Positions 1 through 13,271 of a DNA stretch of 64,000 nucleotides are shown here, piece by piece. Position 1 is the stretch's first letter. Each line of letters starts with the position of its first letter. The position numbers and the translations under genes are program-made. The stretch lies in contig NC_068981.1 of the NCBI RefSeq assembly GCF_001194135.2, forward strand, positions 6,554,632 to 6,618,631, written 5' to 3'. The stretch is from Octopus bimaculoides. Taxonomy: Eukaryota. The notes beneath the pieces were generated by a model, which was not told where the DNA came from, ran no database searches, and worked only from the letters and a program-made list of their open reading frames with translations.

Positions 1-3000
1 TTCTCAACCTTAAAACGCATTCTATATCTGGCCGTATCTGAAAAAAAAAAAAAATGCAAAGCATTCAATGAAAGATTCCATGGTGGGATGAAGGAGGGGG
101 TCAGCGTGAATGAACACCTACTGGAAGAGGCGTCCATCGCTGTCCCATTTGTGCTTCTGATGTTCAGGGAAAAAAGCAAGTAACAACACACATACAGTGT
201 ACTGTTCTTTGATGGTAAGATCAACAAAAGAAAAGTTCTCCATCTGGTGAGAGATAAATATTATTTAATAAACACAATATATATTTTTATGACCGACCGG
301 TATGAAAACAACGCAACATCTTATAATACGTCTGGTGCCTTCACACAATCCACGGGCTCCGCCCACATGGCTTAACAAGCTAGACATTTCCAATTGCCGA
401 GCATTATACTAATGTTTTCTACACCACCTGTCTTTGTCTGTTGTTGTTTTTCTTGTGATTTAGCCCTTCCTTGGGACCTGCTAATGACAAAAGTCCAACG
501 GAGACATAGCAACCGGTTCTTTTCTCAACGATGTCAGTGCCTATTCAGAGACTGGTTTCGTCCGTCAGCGATATAAGCACAAAATCTTTTATGTACCACG
601 GGTCCACATGGGAGGCTCTCTCCGGGTAAATAACGCAGTATTCTGTGTTCTAACACAACGTCCACTTTTAAGGGGGAGATAACTATTACCTTCTACTTAT
701 ATAAGTTTCTCTTCTAAATTCTTCTATCCATGAATACTATACTTATTATTTCTCTTGGTCCTATTAAAGTCAGATCTGTTGGGCACTGATCGCGCCTTCA
801 AATAATCCGCATGTAAGACGATTATAAATACATTCCTCAGGTTACGTATCTATTCACTCCAGTGTCTTATTTTACGCATGAATTCCGTTCAGACTACACT
901 CCAATACAAACAGCGTTTAGTGTTGTTCATCCGTTCCGTCAGTTATCTGTGTGGTTCCACTTATATAATCCAAATACTTCCAGATTCTCACCAATAAACA
1001 CTCTCTTTCTCATAGAACACATGAAATTAAACCTTTATGGGTCTGTCTCTAAATACTATTTAGCATTTGAAATCGTGTCGCAGTATCTCTTTTTGACCAC
1101 CTTATTCATTAAAAAAATATGAAGGCCGTTTAAATATTTAGCAGGAAAATCCTATTAGTAAAGCTACAGGATAATTTCAAGTCATTAGCTACTTTGATTA
1201 CAGATAAAATATTCGAAATGAGCTGACATCTTATCAATATTTAAGCTAACAAGGGTGATTAATTATCAACACATCTTAAATGTTCTCTATGTTTGACCTG
1301 GGTTTCGAGTTGGAAACTTCAAATCATGATTGAGATCAGGCATGCAACTTTTTATTAAAATAAAGAAAGAAGAAAAAATATAGTTAAAGAGATTTCAAAA
1401 AAATAGGCGGCTGTTAATAGAAAATGGAATGGAACTTGTTGAGATTAAATATTTTCTAGGATAATTCTTAAGATTATTCAACTGATAATTTTCTTTAAAA
1501 AATCGGTAACTAAACACATTAATAACAATATTCTAACTAAATAACAACCAACGCAAATATTAACAGCAACAACAAAGACAACCACGAAGAAGAAGAAGAA
1601 GAAGAAGAAGAAGGAGGAGGAGGAGGCGGAGGAGGTGTAACAGACAGGTCTAACTAGAGACACAAAGGACCAATAGTAGCAGCGACAAGTACGTCGTCTA
1701 GATTCCAAAGAAAGCAGGTTGGAAAGGAATTAGTGCGAATTTATATGGAGTGAAAATGGGATTAATCTGTCGGTTTGTGTGCAGATAAATCAATACTAAT
1801 TTGGACAAATTGGTTTAAAATTGTAACAGAGAATTCGAAAGGATATTGGTTATAATCGAAGCAGCGACTATTTCATGATTGTACCAATAAATTCAATGTA
1901 TTAATTGCTTCCAATACACAAAGGAATTCCTTGGCTGGTTAAAGGAGTTTTATTTGTTATTTTAGCCATTATATTTCTGGTGCATCGTAGCCTTAATCCA
2001 TCATCCAGTTCAACACCCCCGTTCAAATCCCTGAGTGATTTTAGGGGAGTCTATTCTGTTGTAATTAATTCTCAGGTTTCAGATTATTTTATTCCACCAG
2101 ATTCGGACACCCAGGGAAGTATCACCGACAATACCGTTCGTCTACCGACCATCACCGTTGAAAGAGTAGTAAAGAATTATTGAACTCATCTATGTTGAAG
2201 AATAAACAAAACGTAGGAAAGACCTGAGGTATATGTTCGAACGAAGAGATAAAACTCTGTCTTGAAGAAGAAAGTCACATACTCACATGAAAATTGATGG
2301 GTGAATGCGTAATGCTTATGTTTGCCTCAATAAGGCAACATATGTAAGAGGAAATAACTGGTGCAAGGAATTAAGATTACTTTATTTGTCATTCAGACCC
2401 TAATGAGTTTAGCTCTGCTTCATGACCCACGTCATCTAATTGAGAAATTAAAAAAAGAAGATCATTATTAGCGTGTCCCAATTAATGGATTGTATTTGGT
2501 ATACGCTCAGAAATTCCAAATATTGCAGATGAAGAATAAAACTGAATCGCTAAAAGATGAGGAATATTTAGACGTAAGTACAAAAAACATAAAGTGTTAA
2601 AATAATGTGTCATAAGATGTAGAACAAGGAAGCCTAACATGAAAAATAATTGAATAAAATCAGGATCAGCGGAGGTTAAATAATGAAGCATTTGTGCAGT
2701 GGAGTATGGATTCATTAGAAGTAGCCTCACCAGCGAATGTTTAAACAGAAGTTTGTCTAACGTATGTGGTAGATATAGAACGAGATCGGCTTCATTTCTT
2801 TTTTTTTTTTTTCAAGATAAACAAGAAGCATTATTTTGAAAACATTCATAAAAGAAACAAAAGCGTGTATGGAAATTAAAGTTCAGTCGCCAAATCAACT
2901 CGTCTAAACTGAGTTAATAATTGAAACAGAGGTCACTAACTTTACCTCGAAGCGTTCTATATTCTTCAAGTTATAGCCTAATTGTAAATATAATGTTTAA

Positions 3001-4279
3001 AGCATTATATATACAATGAGATATTCTAGAAGGAAAAACAAAATCTAATTGAAAGATAGAAAAGCAGAGTAGATACGGGAGAATGTTTGAAGGCATTCCA
3101 TGTCATTTTCTTGCCATTTTATGGTGTTGTTGCCTTTTCTCATTTCAACTTCGTCCTCGCTGGTTTTGTTACTAGATTCCTCTTTCAAACAATTTTTAAC
3201 GATAAAAAATAACATCTACTTTTTTTTCTTCCTGTTCTTCTATTCATTATCGTTCACATCGTAGATTTTATTAGAATTTATCTAATTACCTTTAATAGTA
3301 TCGGTTGCCGTCATTCGCCTCTAATCCCATTAACAACAAACATAGATGATGCAAACATTATTTCGAAGAAGCGACATAAAATGTCGGTGGAGTGTTGATC
3401 GATTGAACAGAAATAAAAATAGAAATAATTTCAAAAAAATAAAATTATCAGTAATTTAATTGTTCAATTAACAGTCTTTTCGTNNNNNNNNNNNNNNNNN
3501 NNNNNNNNNNNNNNNNNNNNNNNNNNNNNNNNNNNNNNNNNNNNNNNNNNNNNNNNNNNNNNNNNNNNNNNNNNNNNNNNNNNNNNNNNNNNNNNNNNNN
3601 NNNNNNNNNNNNNNNNNNNNNNNNNNNNNNNNNNNNNNNNNNNNNNNNNNNNNNNNNNNNNNNNNNNNNNNNNNNNNNNNNNNNNNNNNNNNNNNNNNNN
3701 NNNNNNNNNNNNNNNNNNNNNNNNNNNNNNNNNNNNNNNNNNNNNNNNNNNNNNNNNNNNNNNNNNNNNNNNNNNNNNNNNNNNNNNNNNNNNNNNNNNN
3801 NNNNNNNNNNNNNNNNNNNNNNNNNNNNNNNNNNNNNNNNNNNNNNNNNNNNNNNNNNNNNNNNNNNNNNNNNNNNNNNNNNNNNNNNNNNNNNNNNNNN
3901 NNNNNNNNNNNNNNNNNNNNNNNNNNNNNNNNNNNNNNNNNNNNNNNNNNNNNNNNNNNNNNNNNNNNNNNNNNNNNNNNNNNNNNNNNNNNNNNNNNNN
4001 NNNNNNNNNNNNNNNNNNNNNNNNNNNNNNNNNNNNNNNNNNNNNNNNNNNNNNNNNNNNNNNNNNNNNNNNNNNNNNNNNNNNNNNNNNNNNNNNNNNN
4101 NNNNNNNNNNNNNNNNNNNNNNNNNNNNNNNNNNNNNNNNNNNNNNNNNNNNNNNNNNNNNNNNNNNNNNNNNNNNNNNNNNNNNNNNNNNNNNNNNNNN
4201 NNNNNNNNNNNNNNNNNNNNNNNNNNNNNNNNNNNNNNNNNNNNNNNNNNNNNNNNNNNNNNNNNNNNNNAAACAAATG

Positions 4280-4328
<49 letters not shown>

Positions 4329-4650
4329 TATCATTATTATCATTATTATTATTATTATCTCCTTTATTTCAACCACATTTTCAATAAATATATATTGTTT
4401 TCGTTCACGTTGTTTCTGTTGCTGAACGGACTAAAATGGAAGACGACGGCAGCGACGAGAGCAGCGATGATGACGACATTGATGATGATGATGGTGATGT
4501 GGCGATAATGATTATTATATTTAAAATTTCTTGTTGCTGTCCTTTCCTTAATCCTTTTCTTTTTTCTTTTCTTCACTGACCAACGGAACGGAAGTTAATG
4601 GCCAATCAAGCGTTTTACTACTGCCTCAACACACTCACCCACCCACTCAC

Positions 4651-4683
<33 letters not shown>

Positions 4684-5124
4684 TACGCACACATGCACAC
4701 ACGAGCATGAACACGTACACACATACACAAACATACAAACGCATACACACATGCACACTTCAATCACATCTCTCTCAGCATTGCACGCATTTCACCACCA
4801 CCACCACCACCACCNNNNNNNNNNTCTCTCTCTCTCTCTCTCCATCTCTCCCTCTCTGTATGGATGCATACCTATGAGTGTGTGTATGTGTTTTGTATGT
4901 GTGTGTGTGTGTGTATTCCCATGTTACCCCTCCTTTCTCCATTCTTCAGTTGCTTAGTCTTTCACATTTACAATCTTTACTATCTCTGAACTTCGCATTC
5001 GATTCATTTATTGTGGTTGTTGTTAAAGAAATTATTATTATTATTATTATTATCATTATTATTATTATTATTGTTGTTGTTGTTATTGTTGTTGTTGCTG
5101 TTGTTGGTGGTGGTGGTGTTGTTC

Positions 5125-5190
<66 letters not shown>

Positions 5191-5259
5191 GTGGTGGTGG
5201 TGTTGTTGTTCTGTCTTCGTATTGTATCCCTCATCCGTCACCCTTGTGGCAAACAAATG

Positions 5260-5308
<49 letters not shown>

Positions 5309-6155
5309 TATCATTATTATCATTATTATTATTATTATCTCCTTTATTTCAACCACATTTTCAATAAATATATATTGTTTTCGTNNNNNNNNNNNNNNNN
5401 NNNNNNNNNNNNNNNNNNNNNNNNNNNNNNNNNNNNNNNNNNNNNNNNNNNNNNNNNNNNNNNNNNNNNNNNNNNNNNNNNNNNNNNNNNNNNNNNNNNN
5501 NNNNNNNNNNNNNNNNNNNNNNNNNNNNNNNNNNNNNNNNNNNNNNNNNNNNNNNNNNNNNNNNNNNNNNNNNNNNNNNNNNNNNNNNNNNNNNNNNNNN
5601 NNNNNNNNNNNNNNNNNNNNNNNNNNNNNNNNNNNNNNNNNNNNNNNNNNNNNNNNNNNNNNNNNNNNNNNNNNNNNNNNNNNNNNNNNNNNNNNNNNNN
5701 NNNNNNNNNNNNNNNNNNNNNNNNNNNNNNNNNNNNNNNNNNNNNNNNNNNNNNNNNNNNNNNNNNNNNNNNNNNNNNNNNNNNNNNNNNNNNNNNNNNN
5801 NNNNNNNNNNNNNNNNNNNNNNNNNNNNNNNNNNNNNNNNNNNNNNNNNNNNNNNNNNNNNNNNNNNNNNNNNNNNNNNNNNNNNNNNNNNNNNNNNNNN
5901 NNNNNNNNNNNNNNNNNNNNNNNNNNNNNNNNNNNNNNNNNNNNNNNNNNNNNNNNNNNNNNNNNNNNNNNNNNNNNNNNNNNNNNNNNNNNNNNNNNNN
6001 NNNNNNNNNNNNNNNNNNNNNNNNNNNNNNNNNNNNNNNNNNNNNNNNNNNNNNNNNCTACCTTCACCTTTCTCTTTCCCCTCTTTGTCTTTATAATTAC
6101 GATTAACTCGACTGAATGGTGGACTGTGTAAAGATAAGATATAAAACGACAAAAG

Positions 6156-6237
<82 letters not shown>

Positions 6238-7243
6238 AAGAAGAAGAAGAAGGAGGAGGAGGAGAAGGAGGAGGGGGGGAAAAGAAGAAGAAGAAGAAGA
6301 AGAAGAAGAAGAAGAAGAAGAAGAAGAAGAAGAAGAAGAAGAAGAAGAGTTGAAAGACAGTACAAACCGTTTGCCAATGGAGTAACAACAACGAAAGAGT
6401 AAAAGCAAAACAAAAATGGTGGTGCTTTATGCTTTTCGTGTTGTTTAACTTTGGTTGCCTTGAAATGGTCTGAGAACATCGACATCATTATCGTCGCAGC
6501 GCTATCTTTGGTGTGACATCGTTAACTGGTGACGCTATTTACTTCATTGTTGCAAATTAATGAGAACAAAAGCGGCATTGTAAAGAACAAGATGGTTTAT
6601 TGTTACAGTAGCTAGCTGTAAGGAGAACATTCTCTGCCTGTCCGTCTGTGTATATTTATACATACACACGCAGGCACACATACACATGCACATATACATA
6701 TACATGTGTGTGCGTATGTATGTACGTATATATATATATATATATATNNNNNNNNNNNNNNNNNNNNNNNNNNNNNNNNNNNNNNNNNNNNNNNNNNNNN
6801 NNNNNNNNNNNNNNNNNNNNNNNNNNNNNNNNNNNNNNNNNNNNNNNNNNNNNNNNNNNNNNNNNNNNNNNNNNNNNNNNNNNNNNNNNNNNNNNNNNNN
6901 NNNNNNNNNNNNNNNNNNNNNNNNNNNNNNNNNNNNNNNNNNNNNNNNNNNNNNNNNNNNNNNNNNNNNNNNNNNNNNNNNNNNNNNNNNNNNNNNNNNN
7001 NNNNNNNNNNNNNNNNNNNNNNNNNNNNNNNNNNNNNNNNNNNNNNNNNNNNNNNNNNNNNNNNNNNNNNNNNNNNNNNNNNNNNNNNNNNNNNNNNNNN
7101 NNNNNNNNNNNNNNNNNNNNNNNNNNNNNNNNNNNNNNNNNNNNNNNNNNNNNNNNNNNNNNNNNNNNNNNNNNNNNNNNNNNNNNNNNNNNNNNNNNNN
7201 NNNNNNNNNNNNNNNNNNNNNNNNNNNNNNNNNNNNNNNNNNN

Positions 7244-7307
<64 letters not shown>

Positions 7308-8013
7308 AATTTAATTAAAGGATATGTTAACCTCGTGAAGGGATGGTTGCATCCAAGGAAATAGGTATGAAGTAAGCATATATGTTAGATCCAGTTACTA
7401 AAAAGAAAAGAAAATAGAGATAAGGGAGTTAATAATTACTTATTATTAACAAATTGGTCATCTTCGCTACTTACAGCCATTTCCATTAATACTCACTAAT
7501 TTAATTACAAATTTGTACATTAAATTTGCATTTATGTAACATGAGCATAATTTCATCAGAGAAAAGAGAAAGATGTACAAATTTTACAAGATGGAATAAA
7601 CAAATGAAATTACAACATTTGTTTCTGCGCAGTGGCACCAGACTTATGTTGCTGAGTTTCCTTTCTCATACAGTTATGTAACATTATTTTATTAATTATT
7701 AGATTTGTAAATATAATTCAGTAACGTTTATTCAGCTCAATAAATAACCTTGTTGTATGATGGCATATGGTAGCCGGTAACTGTATAGACTCTCTTTAGA
7801 TGCAGCTTATAAGGTTATTAGCCAGATAATATTGTAGATATTAATCGGTGGCAATTGCAAACTGACTCAGGCGAGAGTTTCCTGCATGGCACATATCAAA
7901 CTCTAGGTCACTATGTAAATTCTATGTAAATGCCGATTAAAAATGAAATGTATACTTACTCGGGTTTTCAGCTCTATTTATCCTGCTTGTACTACCAAAT
8001 GTATATATGTATG

Positions 8014-8148
8014 TTTCAGTTTCCGTCTCCCAAATCCATTCACAAGGCTTTGGTCGGCCCAAGTAGAAGACACTTGTCTAAGGTGCCACGCAGTGGGACT
8101 GAACCCGGAACCATGTGGTCGATAAGTAAGTTTCTTACCACTCAACCA
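8014..8148 (-). mobile_element. SINE family B (tRNA-derived, CORE-like), 5' half
   Basis: Reverse complement of the head of the full copy at 13934-14318 (ggttccgggttcagtcccactgcgtggcacctt). Confidence 0.85.
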
Positions 8149-8221
8149 TTAAAATTATTTAATGAGTGACGGAATTGTCCGTGCTATATTCAATACATAT
8201 TTCATATTTTATTATAATATG

Positions 8222-8420
8222 ACGGCGAGATGGCAGAATCGTTACCACACTGGAAAAAAGGAGGAGTGGCATTTTTCTGACTTGACATTCTGGGTTCAAA
8301 TCCCACCAGGATCGATGTTACCTTTCATCCTTTCGGGATTACTAAAATATGTACTAGTTGAGCAGCGGGATCGATGTAATCGACTTGACCTCTACTCCCA
8401 AACTGCTCGCCTTGTGCCCC
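8222..8420 (+). mobile_element. SINE family A (tRNA-derived, central domain cctttcatcctttcgggg), diverged
   Basis: A-box-like tggcagaatcgtta, B-box gggttcaaatccc, central domain shared with 21646-21860. Confidence 0.8.
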
Positions 8421-8761
8421 CCATTCCTGTTACACACACACACACACACCTACATACATACATACATACATACATAGAATTTACTTACACATGTAGTATG
8501 CATAGTTTTACGCATCGTTTATAAACTGCTGCCATCCATATTTAACCTTTGTACGTCCATCACATCAGACGTCATTGGTGCGACGGCAGAAGTACTGTCA
8601 TGGAATTTAAAGTTCTTCGACTGAAAACGCGCCGAAACTACGCCGGTTTTGATCGCCATGGCTGATGAGAAAGGTTCTATGTTCCTTTGCCATGTCCGTT
8701 AAATATATCCAAGTTTAGATTTGTACTATACACACAAAAACATACACTTTTACAAACAAAC

Positions 8762-8812
<51 letters not shown>

Positions 8813-8885
8813 TATACTTATATAGAAGTACATTTGTGTGTGTGTGTAAACATGGTAAATCGAACAAACATACATATATACATAC

Positions 8886-8924
<39 letters not shown>

Positions 8925-9082
8925 AATGGATGTAGGAAAATGCATATGTATATATGTATATCTATCTATAGATACAAAGCAAATTATACATATATACGTG
9001 TATGTGTATGTATTTATATATAAATACACATATACATATATGAATCCATATCTTTTCATCTAGAAAAATGATCCACCTACCC

Positions 9083-9146
<64 letters not shown>

Positions 9147-9783
9147 GTCTGTCTGTCTGTGTGTCTGTCTGTCTCTCTGTCTATCCATATTTATATTTAT
9201 ACACATTTATATATGCATACATCTGTCGTAAAGAAAAACACCATGCTACTTCCTTCCCAAACACAATAAACAATTCACTATTTGTATTGCAACATAGTAA
9301 CTGCCGGCTCTAATACTTATTTAACTTAAAAACTCACCAGTGATAACAATCTCCCCCGTCCGGCATCCCACCCGACCATACAATATTACTATTCATTTCG
9401 ACATAATCCTCACTGTTTCTACTTCCAAATGATTAATCCAGCTCTTGTTGGGTGGCCACTGGAATTTAAAACAGATGTTACAGAGATGAAATAAGAAACT
9501 GTACCTTGACTAACCATGAAATATTCAGAATCAATGTTGTAAGAGAAGAAAAGCGGCCAGATTGTCTCTCTTCAAATATATATATGTATGTATATTACTG
9601 TATGTGTGTGTGTGCGTGCGTGAGAACATGTATGTGTGTGTACCTTTGATCATAAGGATGGCAATATATATGTGGGGGCATCTAAAAATCCCTTTCAAAA
9701 TTCTACTATCATATTTTAAGAAATTGGTTGTGTACAATATATATTATGCACATGTTTATATATATATATATATNNNNNNNNNN

Positions 9784-9910
9784 TATTGATCTCTGAGGCC
9801 GAACCGCTAAGTTACGGGTACATAAACACACCAACATCGGTTGTCAAGCGATGGAGGGGACACAAACACAGACAAATACACACACACACAGTCACACACA
9901 CATATACGAC
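9784..9910 (-). mobile_element. SINE family B, 3' half fragment
   Basis: Reverse complement of catcgcttgacaaccgatgttggtgtgtttatgt...gtaacttagcggttcggc as in 14130-14200. Confidence 0.8.
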
Positions 9911-10076
9911 GTACCCGGTAATTCCCGGGAAAGTGGGGCTTTTCCCTTGGTTCCGTTCTCATAATTGTTTCGCAAATTCAATAACAACAATACAAAGTAT
10001 GTAGCCCTCAAAACGGTTTTTGTGCATTTACAGAGAATACTGAACGGTCTTCTACAGGTGTTTGGGTGTCAATCTT

Positions 10077-10268
10077 CAGAGTGACACCCAAACAGTCTGA
10101 AATGTTCGCATTGGAACTTCCGGCGCGAAAAATCAGCTGTACAACTTGTTGTTTCCAAATTTCTGGTAGAGTGAACTGCGTCATGGTGCTGCTTTTCTCA
10201 CAGATGGTGCCCAACTGACCCCACAATATAGTGTCGACGACAAAATCAAAAGCAAAAAGCGGGTACAC
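10077..10268 (-). mobile_element. Tc1/mariner-superfamily transposase N-terminal relic
   Basis: MTQFTLPEIWKQQVVQLIFRAGSSNANISDCLGVTLK from ATG at 10184 resembles, from recall, the N-terminal HTH region of an invertebrate IS630-Tc1-mariner family; similarity ends after ~36 aa. Confidence 0.5.
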
Positions 10269-10477
10269 GTAAAATTAAAAATATAAGATGGTGACAGTTT
10301 AACCATCACNNNNNNNNNNNNNNNNNNNNNNNNNNNNNNNNNNNNNNNNNNNNNNNNNNNNNNNNNNNNNNNNNNNNNNNNNNNNNNNNNNNNNNNNNNN
10401 NNNNNNNNNNNNNNNNNNNNNNNNNNNNNNNNNNNNNNNNNNNNNNNNNNNNNNNNNNNNNNNNNNNNNNNNNNATA

Positions 10478-10738
10478 TATATATTAGAAAAATAATAAGG
10501 TACTCAGAGATCTGGATGTTTGTACATTTACAGATTTTTATTAATGTCACATGTTTTTATAAATCATATATTAGCGCTTCCATCTACTCTAATAGATTCT
10601 TTAGAATCTGAAGAATCTATTAGAGTAGATGCAAGCGCTCATATATGATTTATAAAAACATGTGACGTATTAATAAAAATCTGTAAATGTACAAACATCC
10701 AGATCTCTGAGTAGCTTATTATTTTTTTCTAATATATA
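10478..10738. repeat. Long near-perfect inverted repeat (arms 10478-10601 and 10611-10738, 9-nt loop)
   Basis: Arms are reverse complements with only 3 substitutions and 2 small indels by eye. Confidence 0.95.
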
Positions 10739-10814
10739 GTACCTGTACATCAACTCAAAACCTTCTAATATATATATATATATATATAATGGTTAAGCAA
10801 CTATTACTTAACCA

Positions 10815-10860
10815 TCTCCGATGAAGGGATGTATTAAATATCCTGGAAACAGCTGTAAGA
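10815..10860 (+). ncRNA. Minimal type I hammerhead ribozyme-like motif (U4C core variant)
   Basis: TCT-CCGATGA-A-GGGATGT/ATATCCT (stem II)-G-GAAA-CAGCTG-TA-AGA; palindromic ACAGCTGT at helix III; GUA triplet; stem I only 3 bp. Confidence 0.55.
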
Positions 10861-11172
10861 CCTTGTATTTATAAATGTTCTAAAATCTTCACAACCTTGG
10901 TTTTTTTTATCTCGTTCTGAAAAAAAACTTCTTATAGGGGAATTTCAACCATATTTCGTGGTCTGCTACCACAACAGCTCCTTTATAGGATCCAGTTAGC
11001 TCAAAACATCATCAGGAGGAACCACGTCCGGTTTCGGCCCCTACTCCCCTACCGTTTTGACGTGGAGTGCTCCCCATCTTTCGGAGGTGTCTTCAGCTCT
11101 GGTGTTGGGTGCATGTCTTCTTTCTTCTATTCCCTGGCCTCTTCGATGCAGCATCAGCGAGTGTCAGCGTCC

Positions 11173-11326
11173 GACTGACTGTCTTGTCAAATTCCCCTTT
11201 TTATACCTGCTGCTAGGCTCCAGCAGGCTGCCCCAGCAAGTTGTCACGTGACACAGTCTAAATTTCCCGCTGCTAGGGTCCAGTAGGCAGCCTCAGCAAG
11301 TGGTCACGTGACACTGTCTAAACTTT
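11173..11326 (-). promoter_or_regulatory. Core-promoter-like cassette: TATA + Inr + two GTCACGTGAC E-boxes in a 60-bp tandem duplication
   Basis: Minus-strand TATAAAAA at 11205-11198, TCAGTC at 11178-11173 (29 nt from TATA to the Inr A), palindromic E-boxes at 11243-11252 and 11303-11312. Confidence 0.5.
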
Positions 11327-11434
11327 AACTGATAATGGAGGGCGTGTAATCTTAGCCCACGCATGCTCTAACCGAGACCGTCACCTGTCAATCAGCGAAG
11401 CCACTTCAGTGTCAGCTTGTCTCACCTAATGATG

Positions 11435-11715
11435 TTATTTTCCTGCCGGCATGTTATGACTTTCAAACCATATTTGGTCTTCCCGCTTCAGCCATATATA
11501 GAAGCTGGCTTTTTCGACCGCCTCCTGTATCCTCCTTATCAGTTTTCTCAGTTCTGAGCTTGAAAACGCAAATCTTCTTTTGAATAGCGTTGTCATTTTT
11601 CTTTCAATACACATGCTGGTATATGACCTACGTTGGACTCTTTATTCGCATAATCACCGAACCTGGAGCTTAACTGTGGTCCATCCATAGCGCTTACTCA
11701 GCATTACCTGACAAC
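11435..11715 (-). mobile_element. HERO/NeSL-like non-LTR retrotransposon C-terminal relic
   Basis: RKLIRRIQEAVEKASFYIWLKREDQIW resembles the EAAERASxWxWxKR C-terminus of HERO-type REL elements; stops and frameshifts upstream. Confidence 0.5.
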
Positions 11716-12564
11716 TTTGGGTCTTATTGACACCATTACCTCTCATAACTTCTCTCTCTCTCTCTCTCTCTNNNNNNNNNNNNNNNNNNNNNNNNNNNNN
11801 NNNNNNNNNNNNNNNNNNNNNNNNNNNNNNNNNNNNNNNNNNNNNNNNNNNNNNNNNNNNNNNNNNNNNNNNNNNNNNNNNNNNNNNNNNNNNNNNNNNN
11901 NNNNNNNNNNNNNNNNNNNNNNNNNNNNNNNNNNNNNNNNNNNNNNNNNNNNNNNNNNNNNNNNNNNNNNNNNNNNNNNNNNNNNNNNNNNNNNNNNNNN
12001 NNNNNNNNNNNNNNNNNNNNNNNNNNNNNNNNNNNNNNNNNNNNNNNNNNNNNNNNNNNNNNNNNNNNNNNNNNNNNNNNNNNNNNNNNNNNNNNNNNNN
12101 NNNNNNNNNNNNNNNNNNNNNNNNNNNNNNNNNNNNNNNNNNNNNNNNNNNNNNNNNNNNNNNNNNNNNNNNNNNNNNNNNNNNNNNNNNNNNNNNNNNN
12201 NNNNNNNNNNNNNNNNNNNNNNNNNNNNNNNNNNNNNNNNNNNNNNNNNNNNNNNNNNNNNNNNNNNNNNNNNNNNNNNNNNNNNNNNNNNNNNNNNNNN
12301 NNNNNNNNNNNNNNNNNNNNNNNNNNNNNNNNNNNNNNNNNNNNNNNNNNNNNNNNNNNNNNNNNNNNNNNNNNNNNNNNNNNNNNNNNNNNNNNNNNNN
12401 NNNNNNNNNNNNNNNNNNNNNNNNNNNNNNNNNNNNNNNNNNNNNNNNNNNNNNNNNNNNNNNNNNNNNNNNNNNNNNNNNNNNNNNNNNNNNNNNNNNN
12501 NNNNNNNNNNNNNNNNNNNNNNNNNNNNNNNNNNNNNNNNNNNNNNNNNNNNNNNNNNNNNNNN

Positions 12565-12607
<43 letters not shown>

Positions 12608-13235
12608 TCTAAGCATTTATACGAGTATGTGTGTTCATGCTGCACGCCTCTCTAGGTGTGTTTTATGTGTGTGTAATTCTTGGTGTATTTGTGTGTTTGG
12701 GTGCATACGAGTGTGTGTGTGTGAGAGAGTGTAGGTTATATTTTTACCCGGAATCCAGGTGTTGCTCTTCTAAGGCATTTAGTCGACAACCCATGAAGAT
12801 ATCCATCAAAATTATGAAATGACAAAAGAGGTGACGGAAGTCAATTCTGATGTATTTAAGTTCTCTGAATATTCTATCAACTTCCTGCATTTTGTACCAA
12901 AGTGTTGATCAGCGCCAGTCGAGGTTCAGGAATCGGCTCTTCATTCGACCCACCCTCATCATTCCTCAGAGGTTACAAACTCCAGACGTCATCATAATTC
13001 TTTGAGTAGGAACATGACAAATTATGTTGCGGGTTAGACTTAGGGAATAATGTTTGTATGCATGTATGTAAGTAGGTAGGTGGGTATTCATGTATGTATG
13101 TATGTATATATACGCACATTTATATGCATTTGTATATATACATACATATATACATATATATATATATACATACATATATATACATATATGCATGCATATA
13201 TACATATATATATACACTTATATACACACACACAT

Positions 13236-13271
<36 letters not shown>

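Noticed and set aside
1905-2730. 92-aa (+) and 82-aa (-) hydrophobic ORFs
   Set aside because: Non-ATG starts, no homology recognised; hydrophobicity follows from T-richness.
4271-5384. Exact ~134-bp direct repeat (4271-4404 and 5251-5384)
   Set aside because: Each copy abuts an N gap at a contig end; most likely assembly redundancy.
3464-7364. Long ORFs (200-400 aa) spanning N runs here and at 11654-12655, 40466-41824 and elsewhere
   Set aside because: N codons and microsatellites contain no stops; these are artefacts.
10930-11110. Minus-strand CTGATGA, GAAACCGGAC and GTGGT-agcag-ACCAC-GAAA pieces as a fourth hammerhead
   Set aside because: Core halves cannot be joined by a stem II with a matching stem I; at best a decayed motif.
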